Shown: positions 1 to 9,388, counted from the first letter of the stretch. The stretch is DNA of 32,000 nt from Acaryochloris thomasi RCC1774 (GCF_003231495.1 NZ_PQWO01000020.1:1-32000), one strand, 5' to 3'. Program-made: numbers and translations. Notes: generated by a model not told the origin, from the letters alone.

Positions 1-227
1 GTAGAGCCGTTGCATTTGCTGCTCAATATTCACTGTGTAAGGATTCATCTCAAACCAAATAGGGGAGGATGCTCAGACTATCATTCTTCCATTGAGGTTC
101 TGGATATTATTTATTCCTCGATCCTTAGTCCTAGTTTGACTAGCAGAGATATAGATCCAACCTGAGATAGGGCCGACGACGAAGTTGCGATCGCGACTTT
201 ATAAGAGAGCAATTCATTGGAGACTTT

Positions 228-905
228 ATGCTAAATCGAACGCAAGCTATAATTTCGTTTACTCTTCTGCTCTCAGCGCTGGCAGTCCCAGCTATCGCGG
301 CCCCTGAATCCTATGAAGAGGTGACAGAGTCGACTGAAGTCTTTTCAGAAATGGTCAAGAATCCTGAAACGCAGATCCCTGCAGCGCTGCTGAGAAAGAG
401 CCAAGCCATTGCCGTCATTACGAACATTAAGCAAGGTGGCTTCATTCTGGGCGGACGTCGAGGAGATGGCGTTATGCTGACGCGCCAAGCAGATGGAAGC
501 TGGAGCAATCCCGCTTTTATCAATCTAACCGGCGGCAGTATTGGACTGCAGGCTGGATTCAAGTCGACTGACCTAATTTTGGTTTTTCCGAGTAAAGCAG
601 CACTGGATAAAGTGCTCTCTGGCGACTTTGAGCTCGGCGGTAGCGTCTCTGGGACGGCAGGTCCGGTTGGCAAGGCCGCAACAGAATCACTGGAGGGGTT
701 TGGAGATGATATTTATGCCTATTCTCGCAGTGAAGGGCTATTTGGCAGTGTCTCGTTAGAGGGTTCTGAGTTGAGCTTTGATGACGATGATAATGCAGAG
801 TTTTACGGCCAGCCTTTGACCGTTAAGCAAATCTTCGCTGGGCAACCCACATCAGCTCCGACCGTTGTTCAATCTCTCAAGAATGCTCTTCGGTTAGCTG
901 AATAA
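228..905 (+). CDS. Secreted SYLF (Ysc84/DUF500) lipid-binding-domain protein
   Basis: 225-aa ATG ORF. N-terminal signal peptide (LLLSALAVPAIA/APES). Core GGFILGGRRGDGVM..WSNPAF..GGSIGLQAG..GTAGPVG matches the SYLF domain pattern as I remember it. Confidence 0.6.
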   Translation: MLNRTQAIISFTLLLSALAVPAIAAPESYEEVTESTEVFSEMVKNPETQIPAALLRKSQAIAVITNIKQGGFILGGRRGDGVMLTRQADGSWSNPAFINLTGGSIGLQAGFKSTDLILVFPSKAALDKVLSGDFELGGSVSGTAGPVGKAATESLEGFGDDIYAYSRSEGLFGSVSLEGSELSFDDDDNAEFYGQPLTVKQIFAGQPTSAPTVVQSLKNALRLAE

Positions 906-1359
906 CTAACCAGAGCCTCATAATCGCCGCGTCATCTCTTCATTCACAAAGCTTCTGTTCCAGGGTGATTTACCTGTCAGGTGTGGAAACTGGGCTGATG
1001 AATTTTATACACCACTGCAACTTCTCTTGATCACTTTGTTAGTTAACGGAAACAAAGATGCGTTGTGTCAGGCTACGAAGGGTTAGGCTTTGAACCCAGC
1101 TTGAGAAAAGAGGGATATTTCAGTTTCTGTACTGATGAGGGTATATCGGCAGTAAAGTCCGTCAATAGCGCAGAGAAGCTGCCCTACCTTAGCCAGGTAC
1201 TGATATAACACTGCGAAGCATAGAGATTTCAGTATCTGTCTCTACTTATATATGTTTGCCGACAAGCGCCCAATCAAAGCAGATAATCCTTCTTTAGATA
1301 GAGGGCGATTTTACTTTTTTTATCTAGCGTAGGAATGCAGTAATTCTTGGTGGATAAAA

Positions 1360-1677
1360 ATGGCCCGTAAACAAGATCATGAATATCAGCAAGGGTACGT
1401 CGATGGTCAAGGAAGCGGTAGCAACACTTTGCTAAGTTTCTTCGTGGGGCTGTTGATTGCTGTTGTCTTGGGCGGCGCTGCTTGGTTTGCTTTTGGTCAA
1501 GCCAATCAGTCTAATCAAGGAGACACGGACATTATTAATGTGCCTGCCCCTGAAGCACCCGAGGCACCTGAAGCACCTGAAGCACCTGACGTAAATATTA
1601 ATGTTCCTCAACCTGAGATTGATGTGCCTGATGTCGAGCTGCCAACCTCTGGTGGAGCATCGGAGGGCGAAGAGTAA
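1360..1677 (+). CDS. Small single-pass membrane protein with a (PEA)4 acidic/proline tail
   Basis: 105-aa ORF with one hydrophobic helix (LLSFFVGLLIAVVLGGAAWFAF). The C-terminal half is Pro/Glu-rich with PEAPEAPEAPEAP. No family recognised. Confidence 0.5.
   Translation: MARKQDHEYQQGYVDGQGSGSNTLLSFFVGLLIAVVLGGAAWFAFGQANQSNQGDTDIINVPAPEAPEAPEAPEAPDVNINVPQPEIDVPDVELPTSGGASEGEE
1549..1584 (+). repeat. 9-nt tandem repeat x4 (cct gaa gca) encoding (PEA)4
   Basis: Read directly: cctgaagca cccgaggca cctgaagca cctgaagca, in frame within the 1360..1677 ORF. Confidence 0.9.
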
Positions 1678-1726
1678 GATTGTCTTACTTACTGTTTAAA
1701 CTATCCAGTTATCAAAGTGAAATACA

Positions 1727-2200
1727 ATGACTAACCCTAACGATCCGCGCTACACATCTGAGGCTGAGGCCCAGCGCGATTTAGACCGTCGCCTCAAAGA
1801 GCGAGACAGTGAGAATACCTCTCGGGGCCTGCTGATTGGTGTGCTGGCGACAGCCGTTGTGGGTTTGGGTATTCTCGCTTGGTTCCTATCCACGCAACGT
1901 GATAGTCCGACGGTGGCTCCTGTTCCCGTACCTGTGCCCGATACGCAGGCATCCCCTTCACCCTCGCCGGTCCCACCCGATGTCAACGTCAATATCACCG
2001 AGCCTCCGGTTGAGACCGCACCACCACCGGAAATTAATACAGAGGTTACGGTACCCAGCCCTAGCATTCAGCCGTCACCCGAGTCTCAGCCGGCACCTGT
2101 AGAAGAGAATCCTGCACCTGAGGCGACGTCCTCTCCGCAGCCCACAGATCCCCCTGCAGATGCTGGTTCAGAAGAACAACCCCCAGCTCAACCCGAATAG
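1727..2200 (+). CDS. Single-pass membrane protein with a long proline-rich tail
   Basis: 157-aa ORF with one TM helix (LLIGVLATAVVGLGILAWFL) followed by about 100 aa of Pro/Ser/Glu-rich sequence. It shares the DVN(I/V)N(V/I) motif and overall architecture with the upstream 105-aa ORF. Confidence 0.5.
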   Translation: MTNPNDPRYTSEAEAQRDLDRRLKERDSENTSRGLLIGVLATAVVGLGILAWFLSTQRDSPTVAPVPVPVPDTQASPSPSPVPPDVNVNITEPPVETAPPPEINTEVTVPSPSIQPSPESQPAPVEENPAPEATSSPQPTDPPADAGSEEQPPAQPE

Positions 2201-2510
2201 AGATTAGAATGCAGCCGTTTCAAGGGTTGAGTCCGGTGCTGTAATCCTCCTTCCTCAGATGCCAAGTTTGCTCCGCGACTTGGCGTCTGTCGTCTCAGTC
2301 ACAACCACTAAACGTGTTTGTCAGGCAGCGCGACCCTCCTCACTTTTCAGGACCGATGCTGCTATTGAATGCTGCGTAGAAATGAGCCGACGGGGGAGTC
2401 AGATCTATACCCCGAGGGTCTCTCCCTTTCTATCCCGAGACAGATTTGAGATCTGTACACGGCCGATAAAGTAATAGTTAATACGACGAAATTCAAAGGA
2501 GCACACTTTT

Positions 2511-2693
2511 ATGGACATGCAGTTTGTTCAGCTCGCTGCAGCCAGTTTCCCTGAAATACCGGTATTAGCTGGGGTCATTGCTTTAGGATTTACAGCAGCC
2601 GTGACGATTGGTTCAATTGCTTGGTATAACTCGCGTCGCCCGGCAGGTTGGGAAGATAAAGAGCGACCTGGCTTCATCCCTAAAGTCAAGTAA
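2511..2693 (+). CDS. Small hypothetical membrane protein (60 aa)
   Basis: ATG ORF with aaggag 9-14 nt upstream and one TM helix (IPVLAGVIALGFTAAVTIGSIAW). No family recognised. Confidence 0.4.
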   Translation: MDMQFVQLAAASFPEIPVLAGVIALGFTAAVTIGSIAWYNSRRPAGWEDKERPGFIPKVK

Positions 2694-2846
2694 TAGATAT
2701 TTCATTATTAAAAGACTCATCTGTCTTAAGAAATTGTGTAACTGATAAATTTTGAGGAAGGGTGCACTGCAAGCTTTTGCATCTTTACCAAGTTTAAATT
2801 TTTCAGTTCTCTCAGTGTTATCACAACTAAATTGGAGCAATAAATT

Positions 2847-3059
2847 ATGAGTGGCGAGAAAATCGATAAAGATAAGAGCGTTAGCTACGATCCCAACATC
2901 GTCCCGGCTGAAACTGCGGCTCGCATGAAGCGTGAGGGTGACAGTTTCAAGTCAACGGCTCCTGGTCAGACTGTCGATTCTGAGGGACTAGCAAATAACT
3001 ATGCAGTTGAGCCGGAACCCTACGTCAATGAACCCGGTGATCTGAGAGATGCGGACTGA
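2847..3059 (+). CDS. Small hydrophilic hypothetical protein (70 aa)
   Basis: ATG ORF preceded by ggag and followed within 30 nt by a very strong hairpin terminator. Acidic, low-complexity-free sequence. No family recognised. Confidence 0.45.
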   Translation: MSGEKIDKDKSVSYDPNIVPAETAARMKREGDSFKSTAPGQTVDSEGLANNYAVEPEPYVNEPGDLRDAD

Positions 3060-3088
3060 TTTCGCCTAGTTATTCAGATATTAAGAAG

Positions 3089-3126
3089 CAAAAAGGAGAG
3101 ATGCGATCGCATCTCTCCTTTTTGCT
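3089..3126. terminator. Perfect 38-nt palindromic hairpin, probable bidirectional intrinsic terminator
   Basis: gcaaaaaggagagatgcgatcgcatctctcctttttgc is a perfect inverted repeat centred on a HIP1 site, with an A-run before and a T-run after. It lies just downstream of the 2847..3059 ORF. Confidence 0.75.
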
Positions 3127-3193
3127 TAAAATTCCATCTACCTTTGATTGATAACGATCTGGCGGTACCGAGTCTGCAAAACCACAGCAATTT

Positions 3194-3472
3194 TCATCTA
3201 GAGAAGAGGCAGTCATGGCTCCTGAAAACTTGCCCAGCAGTAGCTCTAAAATTGGATATGGTCTCAATTAAGCTGCGATCCGCTGCATGTAGACCATAGG
3301 TAATCAGGCCGAAGGAGATCAGACTCAGGGACAAACCATAGGGCTGAGACCTCAACGTTTGCAAGGCTCTATCTGAAGCCTGAGCTTTCCGCGCATCAAG
3401 ACTATCGGCTGCACTCAATAGACACCCATCAGCATAAACATGCTGCCCCAAGCAGCGAGTTCTGGCCAACAA
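3194..3472 (-). pseudogene. Possible decayed single-repeat remnant of a DUF1206-type membrane protein
   Basis: The translation LARTRCLGQHVYADGCLLSAA..DRALQTLRSQPYGLSLSLISFGLITYGL follows the DUF1206 repeat skeleton (LARxGxxxxGxVYxxxGxLxxxAA...GALxxLxxQPxGxxLLxxxxxGLxxYGL). Key glycines are lost and only one of the usual three repeats is present. The surrounding 600 bp has no convincing ORF. Confidence 0.3.
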
Positions 3473-3678
3473 ATAAAATCCAGATGCGAGCTAGTGGAGA
3501 GAATTATCGGAGCTTCTGCCGTCGCTGAAAATTGAGCATCTGTAAAGGGCATCAAGATTCTCGGAATGGCTATCTTAGAAAAAGGGATGAGCCAAACACA
3601 AGCTTCAGTGATTCAACTCATTGGCGTGTGCAGAAGTATCTGCACGATAGTTCTAACTTATCAATATTCATACAAAAT

Positions 3679-3703
3679 CAGAGACAGGCTAAGCCTATCT
3701 CTG
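3679..3703 (-). terminator. Hairpin downstream of the glsB-like gene
   Basis: cagagacaggctaagcctatctctg forms a 6+4 bp stem. On the minus strand it is followed by ATTTTGTATGAA, and it lies 38 nt after the stop at 3741. Confidence 0.4.
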
Positions 3704-3740
3704 ATGCTCAAAATCAATATGAGAAAATCGGATTGAAATA

Positions 3741-4010
3741 TTAAGCAGTACGGCGAGTTACGAGGCCCCAGAGGAAGATGGCGATGATGGCACCAAGCAC
3801 GGCAACAATCACGCCCGGAATACTGAGAGATGCACCGACTAAGCCTATGCTGCCGGTCTGAATGAAGGTGACGAGGCTCCCTCCGATGAACGCACCTACG
3901 ATTCCGAGCAGCATCGTTGCGAGGATGCCTCCGCCCTGGCGTCCTGGATAGATAGCTTTACCGATGGCACCGGCGATTAACCCTAAAACGACCCAAGCAA
4001 TAATATTCAT
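3741..4010 (-). CDS. GlsB/YeaQ/YmgE family stress-response membrane protein (transglycosylase-associated)
   Basis: MNIIAWVVLGLIAGAIGKAIYPGRQGGGILATMLLGIVGAFIGG is the hallmark of this family. I chose the ATG at 4010 (AAGGAG 7 nt upstream) over the TTG at 4043 used by the ORF track. Confidence 0.85.
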   Translation of the reverse strand: MNIIAWVVLGLIAGAIGKAIYPGRQGGGILATMLLGIVGAFIGGSLVTFIQTGSIGLVGASLSIPGVIVAVLGAIIAIFLWGLVTRRTA

Positions 4011-4172
4011 GATGCAAAACTCCTTAATTGTTCTGAAGACCAATCCCAGTTTTCTAATCCAATTGATTCTGCGAACCAGAGATTCAATACTTTCAGAAAC
4101 CTAGAATATTTTCTATACATATAGAATAAATCTATTCCTTCAGTTTTCTATCCCCTAAAAGGCATAGATTCT

Positions 4173-5507
4173 TCAGCCAAAGCCCGTCTTCTTTTGCTTC
4201 TTTTCTCTACCTTTAGATTTAGACGGTTTCAAACCCTTGACAGCCCCCATCGCTTCCTGAAAAAGATCGTGAAGATGAACCGGAACACTTGCTGTCTCAG
4301 GGAGTTCAGGCTCCTCAGGATGCCCAAATTCCACTAGGATCTGCTCGAGATCTTGCCCTATATTGAAGCGTGGGCGGTCTAAGATCGTCCGTAAAGACTG
4401 CTCCAGCTTCTCTGGATATTTCTCTGCGAGTTGATGCCAGACAAAAGGCTTGATCTCAATATTTTTTAAACTTTGATTTATTTGCGATTCTGAACCAATT
4501 TCCTCACTTTTTGCCTGTAATTCACCAATTAGGATTTGGTAGGTCGAAATCATTACTTGCCCCCAGCGCGGATGGGTCAGGAGGGTCACCTGATCTTCGT
4601 TTTTGAGATGCGGCGGCAGCTCGATTTTCGGCGTCATCATTTTGGAGAGCTTCTGGTTCTTAAGCAGACGGGCAGTTGTGTTTTCATCAATGCCCATCGC
4701 GGCGGCTGTCTCCGTCATCTCTGTCTGGAGTACCCCGGCTTCATCCGCCAGCTCACTTAAGGACTTCTCACCGTCTAGACCTGAATCTACAATTTGCTGC
4801 TGGGCCATTGAGGCTTGAAACTCAGCGAGCTGCTTCTCTAACTGGTGGCCTGAGAGCGTGATTTTACTGTCGTTGAAATAGTCCACAAAGGACTGATGGT
4901 AGTTCTCAACGGATTCCCAAGCTGCTTCTAGTAGTTCTGGAGCGTCGCCATACAGATATTCCTTGTGATATTTTTTGAAACTGCCGATGGCAACGGCTAA
5001 CTTTGGTTTGCCCAGCTTACCGAGAAAAACAGTGGGTTCTGAGAGCATCCAATAGTCGCCGAGGGGTAAAAGACGAGTGAGAACAACTTCTTGGGGTTGT
5101 AAACGGTTTAGAAGCTGATCAGATGCGGTCGGAAGCAAAATGTTGTATTGCTTTTCTGTGAGCCAGTTCATGACGGTTGCGCAATCTTGTTGTCGCACCT
5201 TCACCGTGAATAGGCCCATAAAGCTATGCCGCCAGTGGGTCACTAATGCAGCTTCTTCTGCAGGTAAATCAGAGTGACTTTGCAAAAAAAGGTCAAGAAC
5301 AAACTGGGAACCCACTGCACCATCTAAGGCAAAAGAATTGATGACCTGCTCTGTTTTTTGACTCCCTTGGTAGGGTGAGTTTGTCAGCTGCGAGAGTTGC
5401 TCTGCACTGTATGCCTCAAGAGCGGCAGCGAACTCACCTTCGGCATCAAGGGTAAAGTCTAGCAGCGCTTGCCTGAGACTCTGGGCACGATGTAAGGTTG
5501 GGGACAC
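4173..5507 (-). CDS. Hypothetical 444-aa soluble protein with a lysine-rich C-terminal tail
   Basis: Long uninterrupted ORF, co-directional and 53 nt downstream of the YflT-like gene. No TM segment and no motif I recognise. The C-terminus is KPSKSKGREKKQKKTGFG. Confidence 0.6.
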   Translation of the reverse strand: MSPTLHRAQSLRQALLDFTLDAEGEFAAALEAYSAEQLSQLTNSPYQGSQKTEQVINSFALDGAVGSQFVLDLFLQSHSDLPAEEAALVTHWRHSFMGLFTVKVRQQDCATVMNWLTEKQYNILLPTASDQLLNRLQPQEVVLTRLLPLGDYWMLSEPTVFLGKLGKPKLAVAIGSFKKYHKEYLYGDAPELLEAAWESVENYHQSFVDYFNDSKITLSGHQLEKQLAEFQASMAQQQIVDSGLDGEKSLSELADEAGVLQTEMTETAAAMGIDENTTARLLKNQKLSKMMTPKIELPPHLKNEDQVTLLTHPRWGQVMISTYQILIGELQAKSEEIGSESQINQSLKNIEIKPFVWHQLAEKYPEKLEQSLRTILDRPRFNIGQDLEQILVEFGHPEEPELPETASVPVHLHDLFQEAMGAVKGLKPSKSKGREKKQKKTGFG

Positions 5508-5560
5508 GGAAGTAGGTGCTCTCTTTCAGATTGGCTTGTTATCAATTACAGTCTCAAGGC

Positions 5561-6139
5561 TCATTCGACCACATTGGAAGCCCCTAGGGCAAAGAAGACC
5601 TGCCACTCTTCGATTCCTCTCTGGCTCAGGATATCTTTGGCTTTCTGGACCTCCGATGCTGTTCCTTCAACCAAAAGAATGTAATAACCCTTAGCGACAT
5701 AGTCGTTGTAAGTCGCAGCCTCCTTTTCAGGAACACCGAGGCCAATCAAAGCCCCCACTAATCCTCCTGTTGTTGCTCCCACAACGCCCGATGCCAGCGT
5801 GGTGGCCAGTGCAGTGGCTGTGGCACCCGCTAACATGACGGGGCCGAGTCCGGGAATTGCGATCGCACCTAAGCCCACCAGCAACCCTGATATTGCGCCC
5901 ACGGTACCGCCAGCAACGGCTCCTTTTTCGGAACCACTGGTTACTTGAGGCTGCACATCTATCTCTGGATCGACTTGGTTTAGTCCCTCTTTTAGCTTTT
6001 CATCCTGCGCAATTACAGACACCTGCTCCATCGGGAAGCCCTGGTCTTTCAGGCTTTGAAGTGCCTGCTCTGTATCTGAACGCTTTGCTAAGATGCCGAC
6101 TGCGCGCTGCTGCGCTGCTGCACGGGTTTCTGAGTTCAT
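5561..6139 (-). CDS. YflT (general stress protein 17M)-like N-domain / glycine-zipper membrane protein, paralogue 1
   Basis: N-terminal AVGILAKRSDTEQALQSLKDQGFPMEQVSVIAQD (YflT-type domain), central Gly/Ala zipper (GLGPVMLAGATATALATT..GGLVGALIGLG), C-terminal YNDYVAKGYYILLVEG. ATG at 6139 preferred to TTG at 6148. Confidence 0.75.
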   Translation of the reverse strand: MNSETRAAAQQRAVGILAKRSDTEQALQSLKDQGFPMEQVSVIAQDEKLKEGLNQVDPEIDVQPQVTSGSEKGAVAGGTVGAISGLLVGLGAIAIPGLGPVMLAGATATALATTLASGVVGATTGGLVGALIGLGVPEKEAATYNDYVAKGYYILLVEGTASEVQKAKDILSQRGIEEWQVFFALGASNVVE

Positions 6140-6168
6140 TGTAAGCAACCTTTAGGCCGAAAACGGCT

Positions 6169-6747
6169 CTAGCGTGACGAACTATTGCCCTGTGAAGCGT
6201 AGCCCGAGTTAACTAAATACTGCTTGCCTCTGACATTGTCGAACATATCTAAGTCCAGTGTATGCCCACCCTTCTCAAAAATGGAGACGTCGCCCGTAGT
6301 TTCCATTACAACTGCTAAAACTTGCTCAGTGCTGACAATCCCCGCCTGACGTAGCTTTGACTTTAGATCTGCATCACTCAGGCGGACCTGATCGAGGTGT
6401 CTTTCGATAACTTTTGAGCCAGCCATCAAGAGAACCGGCTGATTGTCGACCAAGTGGAGCAGCAGTGGGCTGTGTCGCCGTCCCCACGAGACTAGGTACT
6501 GAAGTAAAAACAAGGTACTGAGAGCCGTAATGCCCTGCAGCAGAGGCGGATCTTTGGTGAGCAAAATGGAGGCCAGCAGTGAACCAATCGCAACGGTGAT
6601 CGCAAAGTCAAAGCTCGACATCTTGGCAAAGCTTCTGAGGCCAGCGATCCGCGTCAATACTAGCAGGCTAAGGTACGTTGCGATCGCAGTCAGTACCACC
6701 ATCTGAGCCGCCATTGCGGTCGTTGTAATCCACTGCCAGTTAATCAT
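6169..6747 (-). CDS. DUF421 (YetF-like) membrane protein
   Basis: TM-rich N-terminus, the FAKMSSFDFAITVAIGSLLA motif and a soluble C-terminal half, typical of DUF421/YetF. The ATG at 6747 (MINWQW) removes the overlap with the upstream gene that the 6876 start would create. Confidence 0.75.
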   Translation of the reverse strand: MINWQWITTTAMAAQMVVLTAIATYLSLLVLTRIAGLRSFAKMSSFDFAITVAIGSLLASILLTKDPPLLQGITALSTLFLLQYLVSWGRRHSPLLLHLVDNQPVLLMAGSKVIERHLDQVRLSDADLKSKLRQAGIVSTEQVLAVVMETTGDVSIFEKGGHTLDLDMFDNVRGKQYLVNSGYASQGNSSSR

Positions 6748-6791
6748 GTACAGCCTTATGTCCGGTTCCTGAATGCAAAGGTGTATAGCGT

Positions 6792-8303
6792 CTACTTTAA
6801 TACGTCTAAATTTTTGACTGGAGGGCCATTGAGGATCTGGCCGTCGCAGGAAAATCGACCGCCGTGACAGGGGCAATCCCAGCTCTTTTCCGCACTATTC
6901 CAGTCAACAATGCAGCCAAGATGGGGACAGGTCGCAGACACAGCGTGAATCTCACCTTGCGAATCTCGATAGGCTGCAACTTTAGTACCGTCGATGGTGA
7001 CGAGTTTGCCCTCGTCTTTGCCTATTGAATCAAAGGAAAAGCTATCTAAGCCCTTAAGACGATCACCCACCCAATGTACACCCACATCTAGGTTTTCTTT
7101 GATCGAAGTTTCCGTCACAAAGGGGGTGGCGCGAGTGGCGTCATAGAGATCGGCCCAGGGGTTGTCTTTGCCCAAGATGCGATCGCAAAGCAGCATCCCA
7201 GACATTGTGCCATTGGTCATTCCCCAAAGACTGAAGCCTGTGGCAACGTAAACATGCTTATCAAAGGGGGTTAGCGTGCCAACATAGGGTAGATCATCGA
7301 AGGATTTGATATCTTGACCTGACCAGCGATAGTCAAAAGTTTCAATGCCGAACCGCTCACGGCCATACTTTTCGAGAGCCAAATACCGCTCTTCGGTATG
7401 GGTTTCGCTGCCAACCTTATGCCCTTCACCACCGATTAGCAACAGTAAGCCATCTTTGTATGGCGTCGTTCTGATAGAGCGATAATGATCGCCAAAACCA
7501 ATGAACATCCCGTCTGGTGCTTGAGACGGATCAATCTTAGCCGCCACGATGTAGGAGCGCTTCGGAAAGGTCTTTGCGAAAAACAGCCCCTGATCAAGGA
7601 TGGGCAAATTCGTCGTCACAATCACGTCAAGAGCCTTAACGGTGCCCTGCTCGGTAATCACATCGCAGGGTTCACCGGCCTCCACTGTTTTGACGCGAGT
7701 GGACTCGAACACGCGGCTGCCGTCCCCGTTGATTTGCTGGGCTAGGTGCAGCAAATATTTACGAACGTGAAACTGGGCCTGATTCTCAAACTTGACCGCG
7801 CCCACTACTGGAAACGGCAGGGAGGTCTCTTCGACAAAGGATGCTGGTAAACCCAAAAGTGCCGCTGCCTCTACCTCTGCTCTCACCTTGTCTAGGTCAT
7901 CTGCTGATTCTGTAAACGTGTAGGCGCTCTGGCGGCTGAAGTCGCAGTCAATTTGCTCCTGCTCTACTAGAGTCGCAATCTGTTCTAATGCTGCCTGATT
8001 GGAGCCTGCGTAGAGACGGGCTTTCTCTTCCCCTATCTTCTTAACCAAGCTGGCGTAGATTAGCTGATGGAGCGAGGTTACTTTCGCCGTGGTTCGACCG
8101 CTGGCTTTGCTGGCAATCTGTTCTGCTTCAATGAGCGCGACGGTTTTACCGGCTCGCTTCAGCAAGAAAGCTGCCGTGACACCGGCGATGCCGCCGCCGA
8201 TGACCGCAACGTCTACAGTCAGGTTTTGAGTCAGGGGCTGAAAATTTGATTCAGTGGTGGAATCAATCCAAAATGGGGTCGTTTTACCGGAAATTTGAGG
8301 CAT
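6792..8303 (-). CDS. FAD-dependent oxidoreductase with a C-terminal Rieske [2Fe-2S] domain (YhfW-like)
   Basis: Dinucleotide-binding VAVIGGGIAGVTAAFLLKRAGKTVALIE near the N-terminus. C-terminal Rieske ligands CPHLGC..(17 aa)..CPCHGG. ATG at 8303 (MPQISGK) preferred to the track start at 8378. Confidence 0.85.
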   Translation of the reverse strand: MPQISGKTTPFWIDSTTESNFQPLTQNLTVDVAVIGGGIAGVTAAFLLKRAGKTVALIEAEQIASKASGRTTAKVTSLHQLIYASLVKKIGEEKARLYAGSNQAALEQIATLVEQEQIDCDFSRQSAYTFTESADDLDKVRAEVEAAALLGLPASFVEETSLPFPVVGAVKFENQAQFHVRKYLLHLAQQINGDGSRVFESTRVKTVEAGEPCDVITEQGTVKALDVIVTTNLPILDQGLFFAKTFPKRSYIVAAKIDPSQAPDGMFIGFGDHYRSIRTTPYKDGLLLLIGGEGHKVGSETHTEERYLALEKYGRERFGIETFDYRWSGQDIKSFDDLPYVGTLTPFDKHVYVATGFSLWGMTNGTMSGMLLCDRILGKDNPWADLYDATRATPFVTETSIKENLDVGVHWVGDRLKGLDSFSFDSIGKDEGKLVTIDGTKVAAYRDSQGEIHAVSATCPHLGCIVDWNSAEKSWDCPCHGGRFSCDGQILNGPPVKNLDVLK

Positions 8304-8408
8304 GGTGAGCGCTCGCCGTACAAAGAGAAGAAAGGAAAAAAAGAGAAAAGAAGAGCGGTCGCCGATGGGATAACCCATAAACGAACCGCTCGATGTAACA
8401 ATCTCAAA

Positions 8409-8930
8409 TCAATGGTGCTTGCCCATCCACTTAGATGCGACTGCGCCCATGATTGCCCCCACCATCGGGTTGCTCAGAAACTTCATCAGTGCAGGCTGAT
8501 CGGCCATTACTTCTTGGAAGATGTCTGGGTGACTGTGATAGGCAAAACTTGCCAGCTTACCCACGTCATCGGCCTTCATGCGCTTGGGATTGTGGGTAGA
8601 TAAATGAAGCTGCTTTTCGAGCTGACGATCGCTGAGCCCTCGCTCTTTGAGCTGTTTAAAGAACTCGCGGGCCACGTCATCTCGCTCGTTAGGCTTGATT
8701 TTGTTGATGGCCTGCTTCAGTTCTGGCTCCATCTGCTCATGGGAGATTTTGCTGGGGTGCAGCATTTGAGAAAAAATGTTGCGCCGTTCGTCCCGCGATG
8801 AACGCTGAGCAAAATCATCAAAGTTGTCGTACTGCCCAGATGAGCTAGATGATTGGCCGCCCAAAGACTCGACGTTACCGTCTGCCAAGTCTTCCATGAT
8901 TTGTTGCTTGTACTTGTCGCTACTGCTCAT
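8409..8930 (-). CDS. Hypothetical 173-aa hydrophilic protein
   Basis: ATG ORF with its start 11 nt after the stop of the upstream lipoprotein gene. Ser-rich N-terminus, charged helical middle, hydrophobic C-terminal end (PMVGAIMGAVASKWM). No family recognised. Confidence 0.55.
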   Translation of the reverse strand: MSSSDKYKQQIMEDLADGNVESLGGQSSSSSGQYDNFDDFAQRSSRDERRNIFSQMLHPSKISHEQMEPELKQAINKIKPNERDDVAREFFKQLKERGLSDRQLEKQLHLSTHNPKRMKADDVGKLASFAYHSHPDIFQEVMADQPALMKFLSNPMVGAIMGAVASKWMGKHH

Positions 8931-8941
8931 TGATGTTCTCC

Positions 8942-9388
8942 TTAAGATGCTTGATATTGAATTCGATTTGAGAGCCTGTCATAGTTGGCCGTTAGAATAA
9001 GTTCCTTATCCGGCGCATAGACCAGCACCTTCAAATCTCGGTTTGGGAAATTCTTTTGAAACCCGGCCACTAAAGATTTGGCTAAAGACTTGACCTCTTT
9101 AGGGTCAACCTGAGGCGTAATCACAACTCCCAGCTTGTCTTCGTCTCGCACATAGGCATCCTTGACTATGCCTTTCGCTGTCTGAGTGACCCAAGCGCCA
9201 AAGTCTTGACCGGCACGCGTATTACCCTGTTCGAGCTGGATATATCCCGTCGATAAAGCGGAGGGACCCGTGAGCGCGCTGCTAGAGGGGGCCGGTGGGG
9301 CGCTACTGCAGCCTGCTGTCACGAATAACAGTGAAGATAAAACAAGCGGTAGCCACAGTCGGCGGGCTTTCTGAATCAGTTTCAACAT
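8942..9388 (-). CDS. Hypothetical lipoprotein (148 aa)
   Basis: Signal peptide ending in the lipobox LFVTAG/C, followed by an Ala/Pro/Ser linker and a small globular domain. No family recognised. Confidence 0.6.
   Translation of the reverse strand: MLKLIQKARRLWLPLVLSSLLFVTAGCSSAPPAPSSSALTGPSALSTGYIQLEQGNTRAGQDFGAWVTQTAKGIVKDAYVRDEDKLGVVITPQVDPKEVKSLAKSLVAGFQKNFPNRDLKVLVYAPDKELILTANYDRLSNRIQYQAS

Noticed and set aside
1-48. Possible 5' end of a minus-strand gene (ATG at 48-46, MNPYTVNIEQQMQRLY..) running off the left edge
   Set aside because: Only 16 codons are visible, there is no clear Shine-Dalgarno sequence, and I recognise no motif. That is too little to support a feature.
2259-2474. 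71-aa plus-strand ORF, with an imperfect inverted repeat (cagatct..agatctg) inside it
   Set aside because: The composition is Cys/Arg/Ser-rich and unlike a protein, and there is no RBS. The hairpin is imperfect and I cannot assign it to a known RNA family. I treated the interval as intergenic leader of the 2511 ORF.
3070-3744. ORFs 3070..3267 (minus) and 3532..3744 (plus)
   Set aside because: There are no RBS, motifs or plausible protein composition. They overlap the terminator palindrome or the glsB terminator region. Only the 3194..3472 frame shows faint family resemblance, and it is reported as a low-confidence pseudogene.
6748-6876. N-terminal extensions in the ORF track (6748..6876, 8304..8378, 9902..9970, 10518..10646, 19918..19947, 25804..25830, 29879..29953)
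   Set aside because: The extensions overlap the upstream gene or precede an obvious signal peptide or family N-terminus. Internal ATG codons give products that match the family starts and remove the overlaps.
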